From: Eremomyces bilateralis CBS 781.70
Lineage: Eukaryota
DNA length: 64,000 nucleotides
Reading direction: 5' to 3' (one strand)
Assembly (NCBI GenBank): GCA_010015585.1
Contig: ML975151.1
Position numbers and translations under genes: made by a program. The notes beneath the pieces were generated by a model. The model was not told the DNA's origin and searched no databases. It worked only from the letters and a program-made list of their open reading frames with translations. Each line of letters starts with the position of its first letter. Position 1 is the stretch's first letter. This document shows positions 13,294-25,808 of this stretch, piece by piece.

Positions 13294-16200
13294 CTACAGG
13301 CTAAATCGATCCAACCCCTCTATATACTCCCTAAACCTCTGATCCCGACTCAACCCACACTCTAGAACCGCCATCCAACACAAAATCAACAACGACGGGA
13401 ACCGCCCGGTCCAATACTTCAGATACCCATCCGGCAAGTCCCCTACCTTCAGCCGCACCTCCTCCGGCATGTCCGCGTAGTGGTTCTTCTTGTTCCGCAG
13501 CGCGCGCAGCAGGTCCAGCAGCCGCTCGCCCGAGTACTTCCGCTGCTTGCCGAGTGTGTCGATGAACGACCTGTGCAACCGCGAGAGGAAGTTGTTGCCG
13601 GCGTCCTTGAGCACCTCGGGGGCGTAGGATTCAAGGACCTGGAGATGCGGGGAGGGGGGGTCGCGCGGGAGGCTTTCCCAGTGGTCGGAGACGTCACAGA
13701 GGAAGGAGAGGCGTTTGGCGGGGGTCCAGAAAAAGGGATGGTTCATGACCTGTTTGGCGGTCGGGCGGTCCTCGGGCTTCGGCATGAGCATCCATTCAAT
13801 CAGTTGGAGGGGCTCCTCGGTGTCGGGGCCGAGGTTTTTCAGCTTGCTGAGGTCGAGGAGGCCTTTCTTGATGTTGACCTCGCGCATCACGCTCCAGGAA
13901 TCGTCAGAGGATTCAAAGGGGTGGGCGCCGTTGGTGAGGACGTAGTAGAACACGCAGCCGAGCGAGAAGATGTCCACCGAGCGCTTGAAGCCGGGGGTGA
14001 TCGCCTCGGTAGAGTTGGTCGAGTTGCGCGAGTCTTCCGCGGTGCTGGAGTTTCTCCCTTCGCCGCTATGAGGGCGAGAGATCAGTTCAGGGGCTTTCCA
14101 TCCGACCGTCCCCGCATTGCCCGTCGTCGGACCTAATGTAGACTGGTTGTCGGGTAAAGTCTTGCAGAGTCCAAAATCGGAAATCACCAAGCGAGCTCCC
14201 TTGGTTTGGGTCTTCTTCGGGTGGGCAATAAGAATATTCTGCGGCTTGATGTCCCGGTGGATAACCCTCAGACTGTGCAAGTGGTTCAGTCCATCGGCCA
14301 GTTGGTACAGAGCGGCAGGAACATTCAAATTGATCTGGTTCTTGAGCTCCAGCTGCTGCTCATTCAGGCCGTTAATTCCACAGCCATCCTTGAAAAGGTC
14401 GAACAGCGAAGCCTGGCAGAGCTCGACTGCAATGTAGAGGAAATTCGGGTCTTTTTGCTGGCAAAAATATCGGATGACGTTGGAGTGGTAGTCGCTCTGC
14501 TGAAGTAAGGAGACTTCTTGCAATGCCAACTCATAGTATTGTGGAAGCATCCGCTTTATTGCAACTTGTCGGCCCTATTCAATTGTGTCAGAATGTGGGA
14601 CTCAGAAGAGGGTGAACCAAATGTGTTACCTCGAATGTTCCCTCGCAAACAATAGTCCCACCGCTACCATAGCCCAAAATCTTATCCTTCCAGACAACCA
14701 GGTTATTCAATTGAAGAGTACCGCCAACATCAGAAACTCCTTCAACACCGACACTAATCTCATCAGGTTGGATACCTGGGTCGCGATTGAGTTGCATCAC
14801 CCCCTCGACAACCTTCTCAATTGAATCGTCCGCTTCATCTTCAGCGATCTTGGTTGCCTTCTTTCGTCGTCGGCCACCCCGCGTTCCGCGATGTGCCTTC
14901 TTCTTCTTCGGTGTGTCGGGACTGCCTTCACCATTTGCGTCGGGAGCTGCGTCTTCCGCAGTTTCAGGTGAAGCCCGAGCCTCTGTTCCATCCGCTTCAT
15001 CGGCAGCTGGATCTGTTCCTTGTGTTTCGGTTCTCTCGAGCAAGTTCTCGGTATCGGTGTCAGCGTCTGCGAATCGAACAGACTTTCTCTCCACCTCCAA
15101 GGGCGCATTCTTTGCGGCGAGTCGAGAGTTGTCGGGTTCCACTCTAGTAACTGTAATGTTATTGTCCGGCATCAGAACGGAGGGTTTCGCTTTCTCGGCC
15201 CAAATATTGGACGTCAACGTGGAAATGGTAGAGGAGTCCTTTAACGCCACAGCTAATGCGACGACCAGGAAGGACATCACGGTAAAGAACACTTGGGGGG
15301 TTATCCACGACGAATTCTTCTCGTTCGGCGGGCTTGTCCGATTGTAGGCAAGAGCCGGGTCCTCACTTGCAGGTTGGTAATCGATAATCCCCACAAGGTC
15401 TCGCGGCCCTTCAATCGTTGGAACCCCCGTGCCCGAGCTGCCTCCTGATGACGGCGCAAATAGGTTATGCACACCAACGAGGTCCGCACAGCCGCCATGA
15501 ATGGGATTTGACCAGAAGTCGGTCTCGCCGTCTAATACAGATGGCTCGCCAGGGACATAACACTTCGCTCGAGCTGCCCCATCGGTGACGCTTGGATAGT
15601 GCATTTCGCTCAATGCATACCACGAGCCATGGTCTGTGCGGTTGATGAAGATGGAATCGATATTGTCCAAGGGGTCGGTCGTCGGATTCAGAGTGTTGGG
15701 AGCGACCGGCTGCTGGAGCACCACGAGTGTGGCATCGCGCGTATCTGCATTGACAGGTCGAGCGACATCGAAGACCTGCGCTACAGGAGAATGCGTGAAC
15801 TTCTTCGCATATACCAGCCGCTCTGGAGTGCGAAGTCCCTCTTCGATTTTGTTCGTCTGGTGGTGCTTGTACTCGAGAGCCATGATGCTACCATCGTATC
15901 GAGTGTACACATACCGCTTGTCCATTGTGAAGGAGTATTGAGCTTGAAGGTCGCGGTCTCGGATGTTCGGCGTCCACTCGAAGTACTTGATGGTGCAGAT
16001 CTTGGCACCCGTATCACCATTCTGTATTCCAACTGTGTACTCGGTTCGACCGAGTAAAATGGTTGGAGTCGGTTCACACTCGTCGTCTTCATCCTCCAAC
16101 GATTCCAGGCGTCGGAGAGGTTTGCATTTGTCGCCTGGAGTGGTGACTCCAGAATTGCCCGCGCTGAAGAATTTCAATGCGGATCCATCGGTAGCGTTCA

Positions 16201-17125
16201 ATGTATAAAGGGTATTCCGTTTCTCGGCCGTATAGACGAACTGAGAATCTTCGGAAGCGTAAGGGGAGAGTTCCTCCGCAAGTTGTCGGACTGTTAAATG
16301 GAGGTTCTTCATCCCACCCTCAGAGTGGGGATCGAACAGGTAAAGCGCCCCATCCAGTGAGGGCTCTACTATCCACATGAAGTCATCTTCCCGGTTTTTG
16401 GAAAGGATTCCCACTTCGGTCATGTGTTCATCTTCATATCCATCACGGAATCCATCATCGTCATCACCTTCCTCTTCACCACCCGATGTGGGTGTTCTCC
16501 GCGAGGAATTGTCTCGATGATACATCGTCTGCACCATCGACGTCTCGGAATAAAACCTCCACACCTCATCCCCTGTATCTCTTTTCCTCGCATATATCGC
16601 CCCATCAACGGTCGCCAGAAGCACTAGGTTTTCAACTTCCCAATCCTGCAGTGATCGCGCTCGAGGTGCCCTGACTCCGCGGCCTCCGGCGAGGCCATCG
16701 TATCGTTCAGCAGACAAGTCTGGGCGGGACCCGGCAGCGGATCGTGCAGATTGGGAGGCTCGGACAGCCCGACCCCGGGAGACTCGTTCTTCCACGGGGT
16801 CGTAAGCTGGAGCAAGTGTCGCAACGGCGCCATCGTTTTCGATGTTCGGGACATATACCGGTGTATCTCGACCGCGAGGTTGGGTCAAGCGGTCATGTTC
16901 GGATAACTTCTCTCGGTCCGCGGGATGCATGGCATCCTGACGCGAGGAGATGGTGCGGAGGATGGAGTCGGCATCGTCGGAAGGAGCGCGATGCTCGCGG
17001 ACCGAACCGGCTTGGGGCTGCTGCTGCGGAGCAGCCGCAAGGGAGGCGGTGGCAAGGGAGGAGAAAAGGAGAGCAGTGAGGACGAGGTTCTTCTTGGACG
17101 ATCGGCCTGTGCTCGAGTTGGGCAT
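13294..17125 (-). CDS. IRE1: Ire1 ER-stress sensor kinase/endoribonuclease
   Basis: Signal peptide, luminal domain (LLATVDG, WIVEP, LGRTEY), TM, GYGSGGT, HRDIKPQN, DFG, WKAPE and KEN domain (DLLRALRNKKNHY); intron at about 14575-14628. Confidence 0.97.
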
Positions 17126-18126
17126 GGCGAACTGGCTCTACGTTGAATGGGACCAGTTCGCGAAAGTGGATGCCTGGCGGAGGCTCATGGAGCGAGAGAC
17201 GTGAAGCATCCGCTTGTGGTTGGATGCCAGCAGGAATAGAACACTTTGAAGTAAATTCGAGTTCGGCAAGATTTCGTATAGATAGAACGAAGGGAAGGGA
17301 GAAGAAAGTCCACGAATCCTTTCGGAGGTCGGGGGATGGCTGAGGTTGGACGGATGGTGTGCGACTTGGAGGAAGGTGGTGAGACTGGAGAGTGGAGTAA
17401 CTTATTGTGGCTAATCCTGCGATCTGATTGGCCCCAACTCGGTCGCTCCCGCCGCCAACACTCTTGCACGTGATTCTCAACGGAGTTCAACCCACAGGCA
17501 ATCTTTGGCGCTTCGATCGAGGGAAGATGTTCTAGACGTTATCGACAATAGCAATGACAATAGCAACGGGGAAGAGGAAGGAAAGAAGGTGGAGGAGGAA
17601 GAATTGACGAAGGAATGCAAATCGGGCGAAAGGCACATGCAATTCTCAAACGCACCAACGCACTCAAAAATTCCTCAGCCAAGGCAACCAACCCCTTTGC
17701 AGGCATCCTGATTCCTGTCTTGTCGGGCCCTCAAGCGGTCAAGCCTAAACACGACCCCAATCTATTCTCGTTCCCCCGCAGATTCGCTCCCTTGATCCTT
17801 AGTGTGCCGCGGTTTTCGAATGCTCCGGAACCATGGAGACACGATGCTACTAGGTCCAGGCCCGCAGAGGGCAGCTATTTCCCCAACGTCCCGATGCCTG
17901 AAACTGTAAATTGTGGATGTGCTGGTTAAGCGTCCGACCGATTGTTACGGAGTACAGACGCTCCGGAAGGCAATAGCCAATAAGTGAACAACTGGTGGCT
18001 GGGACGGATGGCGGGCAAGTTAATTTATTCACCGGCAGGGGGATAACGGACATTTTCATCTGCTTCAGGATCCGATGTTTTCTTTCTGCTCCAGTCGACG
18101 TCAAAACTATAGTACCGGTACGCAGT

Positions 18127-19198
18127 TTACAATAGAGCTTTCCAGCCTCCCGTTGTCGGTCTCTCCAACCCCAGATGGTCGACCACCAGCCCAAGATGAC
18201 TGAATCCCCAAAATCCATCCGTCTCCCCGTTCGAATTCGTCGCTATTCAACCAGTTAATCGATCTATTCGTCCGCATATATGTCTTTCGTCAACTCACCC
18301 ACGAAATAGGGGATGCCAAAGGCACCCTCCTCCACCGACGTGGACGTCCGCTTGGTCAGCAGATCCTTCACGTCCTTGTCGTTCGCCTTCCGCAACATCT
18401 CCTTCGTCGCCTCCTCGCCGATGACCTTTGCGAATGCCGCGCCGTGCACCTGAGTCTCGGCGATGGGCTTCCCCAGCACCCAGTACTCATGGTACAAGGC
18501 GTCGATGACCTGCGGCAGCTTGTCCGCGTACGGCGAGACTGAGAACGCCGTCAAGGCGCGTTGAACCTGGTTTCCCGTGTCAATTACGATGAATTTATAC
18601 GAAGCGGAAGGAGCACTTACCGGCAGCGTCCTTGCAGGGAACCCAGCGGGTGTGCCGCCGATGGGGATATTGAAGAGCTTCGCCCAACGTTCGCGCTCTT
18701 TGTTGATGTACGGGCCCTTATCTGCGTTTCGTGTATCAGTCTCTCGTGGGACAAATGGAGACGGATCGTCGCTTACTCTTGATCATGATCGGGGCGGCGT
18801 TGCCGCACTCGTTCAGGATGCCTCCGAGGAGGATCGGCACGTATGTAACATCGCATTGTTTGAAGAGTGGGAAATTATGTGGCAAGTCAGTACACAGTAA
18901 TGCCTATTGGACCTCATGTAGAGTTCTGTCAAATATGAGAGCTGTTGTAGGGATGAGATGATGTGATTTGTGATCGATATAAGATCCGCGCTTTGGGACT
19001 AGATTAGTCGAATCAAACTTACATGCAGTGCATAAAATGCAATGTAAGCGAATGGACTGACGACTATAAGATCTTGTCAGCCGCTATTACTTTTCTAAAA
19101 CAGTCGCGTTTCGTTTGATCTTGATGTTGAATCGAGAGCTAGTAGGGAGTAAAGGGTCACTCACTGTCCACATAAAGTTTGAGTTGCGGCCGTGCCAT
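18127..19198 (-). CDS. Glutathione S-transferase kappa / HCCA isomerase (DsbA-like), multi-exon
   Basis: MARPQLKLYVD|IVSPFAY, ILGGILKECGNAAP, GAFGIPYFV and FWGFSHL...WKALL*. Confidence 0.88.
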
Positions 19199-19708
19199 GT
19201 TCAAAGTTCTCGGTTCTTTCTGCTTAAAAACGTCTGGCTAGTGTCGTAATGTGTTTTCTGATGAACTTCTGGCTTCAATTTATATATCTTCCAAGTTTCA
19301 ATGTCTACAAATGTCGATTCTAGGGCGCAAGTTCATCGGCATCGCTCCAGATATGTGACGATCTGTCACCTCACCCCTCTTCCTCGGTCCAACATCTAGC
19401 TCGGTTTAGCCAGGTTGGTACTGGTATTCTTGCATCTGCATACCAAGTACCATTATCCCTAATAGACGTAGGGCGCGTGTACGGGTATCGCCGAATTCGA
19501 ATTGAATCTGGATACGAGATACTTCAGCTCTCCGCTTTCCGGTCCCGCGTCCACAGGCAAGAGAACGGGCATCTCTAGGAACCCCGACGGCGTTGATTAC
19601 TATCCAATCTCAAATACACAGTTCCGCTTCACGCCAAGAGAGCACAGAAACTAATCAACCCCCATTTCATAAATTTCTTTATCTCATCGTTCAATGAAAT
19701 ACAACAAA

Positions 19709-21497
19709 TCAACCATCCAGCCCGTACTCGCTAATTAGCCTCTCCGCCCCCGTCTCCCCAACCAGATATGCCCAGCTCACGGTGTGGGCATTCGGTACAA
19801 ACGGAAGAACGCTCAAATCGATGACTCGCAGTCTTTCAATGCCCTTCAATCTGAATTTCGTATCCACGCATGCCCGCTCATCCTCCCCCTTTCCCATCCG
19901 TACCGTGCAGCTCATATGCCAAGTGGAGGAGACGTTCCCCTTGATGAACTCCCAGATCGCTTCATCCGACTCATCCGCCGGAACGAGATACGGCTTTACC
20001 ATATCCTTCTGCAGCGACGAATTCTTGACGATCTCGAGAGCATATCGGATCCCGCGAATCGCGTTCTGCTTGTCGTAGGGATTGGTAAGCAGCTGCGGGT
20101 CGCAGAGCGGCGCATCCGCGGCGTTCCTGCTCGCCAGCGTGACGCTCCCGGTGGATTGCGCCGTCATCCCGACCGGCGTGAGACTTAAGTAGCTCTTCCC
20201 CCCTTCCGGGGGGAACGCCGGCACAGCGGCGATGACCTCCATCGTCGGCACTGCGGGCTGCGAGATGTATTTCTGGACCTCTGCCGGCAGGAATTTTGCC
20301 TCGGGCGTCGCGACCGTGGCGGGATCGTGGATCCAGGCCATGATGCAGGAGTTGTTGAAGGTCGTAAGGGGTCCGGTGCCGTTGCGGAGAAATTCCTCCT
20401 TGGCCCGGGCCATTTGTGATGGATCTTCGAGCGCGGGGCGGTCGTCCCAGCCGGGCTTCATTTCCCAGACCACAGACGTGCCGTAATGGTCTTGCAAGTT
20501 TTGTCCCACGTCGGGTATGTCGAGAAGGACGGGGATGTCGTGTTCCTTCAGGTGCGGTGCAGGCCCGATACCCGATAGCATGAGGATCTTTGGAGTATCC
20601 AGTGCACCGGCGGAGAGGATCACCTCCTTGGTCGCAGAGACTATGCCATATTAGCCACGGATCGGAGTGTCTGGATAAAGGGCTTACATGTTTCTCCATT
20701 CACTACGACACCAGTGACTTTCTTGCCTTCCAACACGATCTTGCTCACCTGAGAATTTGTTTTGATGGTGAGATTCGGAGGAGTGTCTTTCAAAAACGAC
20801 GAAGCAGCAGTGGTCCGGTATGATTGCTTTGCGGTGGACGGAATGAATCCCACTCCGAGTGGATCACCAGAATTGAGATCTAGATTTCCCTTGAGCCCTT
20901 GAACGCCGCTCTCAATCATAGCGTCGACGATTCCAACATAATTCTTCTCCGCCTCCGAAGCAAACATGGTATCCATCGAACCATTATTCCCATGGCTGTA
21001 ACCGTCAAAGTCGACATACTTCTCTACTGCGGACGCCGTATTCTTCGCGTAGTTTTCAAACTTCTTAATCCGTCGTTGCGACTCCGACCAGTTGAAGAAC
21101 GGATCATCCACCTTCCGCGCCCATTCATCATAGTCCTCTTTCGGTCCCCGAGTATAGCAACAGAAGTTGATGAGGGTCGACCCTCCCAGGCCCTTGCCTC
21201 GGGAGTAGTCGATTTGGCGATTATCCAATGCTTCCTGCGGCGTTGTCTTGTATCCCCAGCCCATCTGAGGATGCGTCACCCATGTCGCGTAGCGATCCGC
21301 GAGCAGGCGATTTTCTGGCTCGTTATAATCGCCCCCTGCCTCGAGGAGCAGAACGGTTGGCCGCTGTTTGCTCTTCGCGAGGCGGGATGCCACAACGGAG
21401 CCCCCGGGACCGCCTAAAAGTGGTCAGCATCAGCTTCTAAGATCGAGACTATGTTCGACTCACTTCCAACCACAATGAAATCATATTGGGCTGCCAT
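19709..21497 (-). CDS. GMC oxidoreductase (AA3-like)
   Basis: YDFIVVG|xGPGG, VLLLEAG, RGKGLGGSTLIN, LSAGALDTPKILMLSGIG, VGQNLQDH, WHMSCT, LRVIDLS and PNAHT. Confidence 0.95.
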
Positions 21498-21861
21498 GAT
21501 TTTAGCTTGAGGTATATCTTAATAAAGTATGGAGGCCACCGCTGGTGGTCTTCGGTTTCTCTGGAGTGTAAATATTGAATTGTAGCAGCATCCTACGTGT
21601 TGGCCCCTTTATATGCTCAACCCATGATGATGTTGTCCGGTCACCGGTTTCTCCTTCAGGCTAGGATGTCCTATGATCTTTCGAATCTACTGATTTGCGC
21701 CCCATATAAGCTCTACCCGGTAGATGTTTTTCGGGTAAATAGTTTATGTGAGACGCACCCTGCATCCAGCTCTTCTATCCCCGCCCTTGGTTCGTTGGCT
21801 GAAGCTTAGCTAATCATCCTCAGTTTTGAGGACGCTCCCTATATAGGAGCGCCCACACTCC

Positions 21862-22124
21862 AAACGGGATTGGGGGCCAAATGGGATTGGGGTCCAGACG
21901 GGATTGGGAGAGAGAGAGAGAGAGATTCATACGCCCGTCAGGCCTCTCGGCGAGGCCCATGTGGGGAACTACCTAAGCTGACTAATTACATACATTGGTG
22001 CCTTGTGGCCTTGTGCCCCCATTTTCTATCTTCGGTCTTCTAACTAGCTTCTATATCTGCGGCTAACATAGGGAAATATAGACGGGATTGGGGTCCAGAC
22101 GGGATTGGGGTCTAAACGGGATTT
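21862..22124. repeat. 17-bp minisatellite (AGACGGGATTGGGGTCC-like, six units) split by a 171-bp insert
   Basis: Units start at 21862, 21879, 21896 and at 22080, 22097, 22114. Confidence 0.88.
21909..22079 (-). mobile_element. Probable 5'-truncated non-LTR retroelement or SINE 3' end with (TC)8 tail
   Basis: (AG)8 at 21909-21924, subterminal hairpin GGCCTC-GCCGA-GAGGCC, flanked by 13-bp direct repeat AGACGGGATTGGG. Confidence 0.55.
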
Positions 22125-22377
22125 AAATACAATCTGTCACGTGACTCACAAACCCTTGCGCTAGTGCACTGAACCAAGAGGTCAACAATACGTAATATAT
22201 TGTTCTTTTCCGGGGCAGAGGCAAGAACCAATCGTCAAGGGAGCCTCGGCGGCTCTAGGCCGGAAGCGGGTAGTCTTGAAACGGATCGGCCGAAGGCGGG
22301 GAGTTCGATACGAAGTTTACAAAACCAACACGTGAAAATCATCAATCATGTGATTTAAGTTTGGGTAGAGAAGACAG

Positions 22378-23042
22378 TTACCTCAGCAAGCTCAGGCCAT
22401 TGTGGTAGTGCCTGAGGCAACGAACCGCGCTATACCTAATTGGTATGGTCCTCGACCAAATAGCCTGAGGATCCTGTCATTGATTTTCGGCCTGAGTCGA
22501 GATCGTTTGTATGAGAGCAATTTAATCACTTCAACCTCGTTTTCCTCCACAACGAGCTATCACACAGTAAAATTGACACGTTCAATCGAATCNNNNNNNN
22601 NNNNNNNNNNNNNNNNNNNNNNNNNNNNNNNNNNNNNNNNNNNNNNNNNNNNNNNNNNNNNNNNNNNNNNNNNNNNNNNNNNNNNNNNNNNNNNNNNNNN
22701 NNNNNNNNNNNNNNNNNNNNNNNNNNNNNNNNNNNNNNNNNNNNNNNNNNNNNNNNNNNNNNNNNNNNNNNNNNNNNNNNNNNNNNNNNNNNNNNNNNNN
22801 NNNNNNNNNNNNNNNNNNNNNNNNNNNNNNNNAATTATAATAAGTCCTTGTGTTGTTATTGAAGAATATGCAAAAGTGAGGTTTCCAAAATCGTGAAAAA
22901 CACATGAAAATTATCGAACAGTCAGTGTGAACCATTGACAGAATCCTCAGGCTATTTGTTCGAGAACTGCATTGACCGATTAGGTATAGTGTGGTTTGTT
23001 GCCTCAGGCACGACCACAAATAGCCTGAGCTTGCTGAGGTAA
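22378..23042. mobile_element. TIR DNA element (MITE-like; Mutator or hAT class) spanning the assembly gap
   Basis: ~110-bp imperfect TIRs TTACCTCAGCAAGCTCAGGC.../...GCCTGAGCTTGCTGAGGTAA; 8-bp TSD GAAGACAG at 22370-22377 and 23043-23050. Confidence 0.88.
22593..22832. other. Assembly gap (240 N)
   Basis: Run of N bases. Confidence 1.
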
Positions 23043-23096
23043 GAAGACAGAAGTGACGCACAGAGCGCACAGAGCCCAAAGACCAGCCCTCAACGG

Positions 23097-23353
23097 GTAA
23101 CCACGTGACCGATAACTTCCCCTGCCAATGCCAAAGAAACCAGAATGATTAGGAAACTTTGGTCGCAACATAACGTCGCCCTGGCATAAGATTTTGCAAT
23201 TTTGCAATTTTTTCATACTGCCTCGTACTCTTCATTCCCAGATTTCGGACCGAAAATGCAACGTAATGAAGTGGTTGTGTGGGCAAAGCTTGCAAGTTTA
23301 GTGTTAGGATCGCGTTTTGACGAGGAAGTTGAGCGCTGCACCAACGGCCATCA
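23097..23353 (+). repeat. Diverged direct repeat, copy 1 (upstream of P450)
   Basis: Collinear blocks shared with 25809-26044: GTAACCACGTGACC, AGGAAACTTTG.TCGCAACATAAC, GCATAAGATT, AATGAAGTGGT..TGTGGGCAAA, CGTTTTGA.GAGGAA, GTTGAGC and GGCCATCA. Confidence 0.85.
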
Positions 23354-23729
23354 CACTATCACAGGATAGAAGTTCGGTTGGAACTAGCGTGGGTGCGTGG
23401 GTAAGATGTCTGACAACTTCAATGGATGGACATGTCAATCACCTACTGCACCTTACAAAAACCTCAACCAACCCAACCGCCCCCATCTCCCTAGTACTAT
23501 GCAAGTACTACTCATGCAGGCAGAAAAGCAGTTTATCAGCAAGAGAAGGCAGCGAATAAGATGCCGCCGCGGATGCACCAACGTCCACATGAAGATGATG
23601 GGAACCCCGCCGCGAGATTCGCTAAGGACGCAGAAGAGCGACTGAGAACTACAAAACATCCTCCATGTCGCACTCTTGTTCCTCATGCTTCTATGTAGAA
23701 TAGAGTATTGTTTTCGTTGAGTGCGCAAT

Positions 23730-25475
23730 ATGGCTGTGATCGTTCTTCTCGCATTGCTTGGGGCAGCTTTGGCCTATCGTGTCGCGTACCGTCTTTATCT
23801 AAGTCCTTTGGCCAAATTTCCCGGCCCGAAGCTTGCCGCTTTGAGCACCTGGTATGAATTCTACTACGATGTGATCAAAAAAGGCCAATTCAGCTTTCAC
23901 ATCGATGATCTCCACAACAAATATGGTCCAGTGGTCCCGTTCTTTCATGTAGCATGTATTCGCTGCTTGAAGCTGCTGACTGTCATATAGGACCCATCGT
24001 ACGTATATCTCCGGAGGAACTGCATATCAAAGACAGCACTTTCTGGGACGAGTTATATGCTCGTAACCCGAAACAGGCAAAATATAAACGGAATGCGGCA
24101 AGGCTAGGTAACAAGACGTCCACCTTCTCCACCACAGATCCGCAGCTTCATCGTCTGCGGAGGAGCGCCCTGAATCCAATGTAAGATTGGTGATTTGCCG
24201 CGGATTTCGGCTTCCCAGCGTCTCACGCAAGGACTTATGCTCGTCAACAGGTTTTCTAAGCAAGCGATCCGAAAGTTCGAGTTAACTGTCCGAGACAAAC
24301 TAATATACATGTGCGACAAGATCGCCTTGTATAAGGAGTCCGGGAGCGTTCTCACTATAAATAAAGCATTCTCTTGTCTTACGGGCGATATCATAACAAA
24401 ATACTGCTTTGGAATCGGCTATGAGCACCTCAAGTCACCAGACTTTCAAGACAATTTCCACGATGCTTTCTTTGCGTTGGCCGGATTTGGACACGTCGTC
24501 CTGCATTTCCCCTGGCTGCACCCTCTCATGAGGAGGATGCCTGACTCTTGGAGAACTACTATGAACCCTGCCATTGCGAAGATAATTCGACTCCGTAAGG
24601 CAAGTACTGAACATTGCCATCGCAAACTCGGAACGAGGCTAACGGGTTCGTAGGATCTACAGCACAAAATCTCCAGCATCAGATCGGAAAAAGGCGCCGT
24701 ACCGCCTCCAGAGCATCCTACCATATTTCACGCTGTATTGGAATCGAGTTTGCCGGACTTTGAGAAGTCCCCCGGCCGGCTCGTCAACGAGGCACAATTA
24801 CTCATCGGTGCTGGTCTGGAAACCACAGCCTGGGCGCTCTGCAACGCCATCTTCTATATCCTATCCGACCAGGCAGTACATGATAGGCTTCGCCAGGAGC
24901 TCTTTAACGCGATCCCTGACCCGTCGGCGGCGGATGCATTTAACTTACTCCATCTAGAGAGTCTACCGTACCTGAAAGCTTGTATTAAAGAATCGGTTCG
25001 GTTCTCTATCGGTGTCACAACCAGAACTGCTCGAGTTTTCAGCTCGCCATTGCCCTATAGCGACTGGGTCATTCCACCGAACACGCCTGTGTCGATGACG
25101 ATGACGGATATTAATTTCGATGATTATGTCTATGGAGACGCGCGGAAGTTCAGGCCGGAGAGGTGGCTAGGCAACGCCACTGCGAAGGACGGGAAACCGC
25201 TTGACCATTATTTCGTGGCCTTCGGAAGGGGTCCGAGGGGCTGCTTAGGAATCAAGTGAGTGATCAACCGAGCAACCGAGCGGTTTGAAGTTTTCAAGAC
25301 TGACTATGAGAACAGCCTTGCGCATCTAGAATTGTATACCACGATTGCGAGCATCTTCCGAAGGTTCAAGCTGGAGCTCTTCGAGACTGACCACACTGAT
25401 GTCGAGATGATAGCTGACATGTTTCTCCCATGTCCGAAACCCGACACCAAAGGCATCCGCGTGAAAGTGGTATAG
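23730..25475 (+). CDS. Cytochrome P450 (CYP58/CYP682-like clan by resemblance)
   Basis: N-terminal anchor, [34 protein letters not shown] (ExxR), FRPERW and heme motif [10 protein letters not shown]; four introns. Confidence 0.96.
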
Positions 25476-25808
25476 GGAAAGACTTTATCTAGAGTATATG
25501 ATTTGACGGTAGACAACTCGTGCATGGGCTCTGTCATCGCAAGGCATGGGCAAGAAGTATGAAAGAGCACGGGGCTGCCCACAGGGGAATTCCTGGCTGG
25601 AAGCGTTCGATGTTGATTTATTATCGGATATACCTCGAGTGCTACCTCAATCGAGGCATTATCTCACCATATCTCTACTGTGCTGGGCATACCTTTTAGC
25701 TTGTCCGTGTACTCTCGTTTGCCTCGTCTCCCACATATAGGCTCGTGTCTGCGACCTGCGTGTTGCCCTCCCTGCCTTTTAGTTAGCGTACTGGGTCCGA
25801 CATTGGGT

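Noticed and set aside
21862..22124. CRISPR-like array
   Set aside because: Units are directly tandem with no unique spacers, the context is eukaryotic, and there are no cas genes.
22250..22312. tRNA-like sequence with B-box-like GAGTTCGATAC
   Set aside because: No acceptor stem or cloverleaf could be built.
22402..23079. ORFs 22402-22896 and 22582-23079
   Set aside because: Artefacts of reading through the N gap inside the TIR element.
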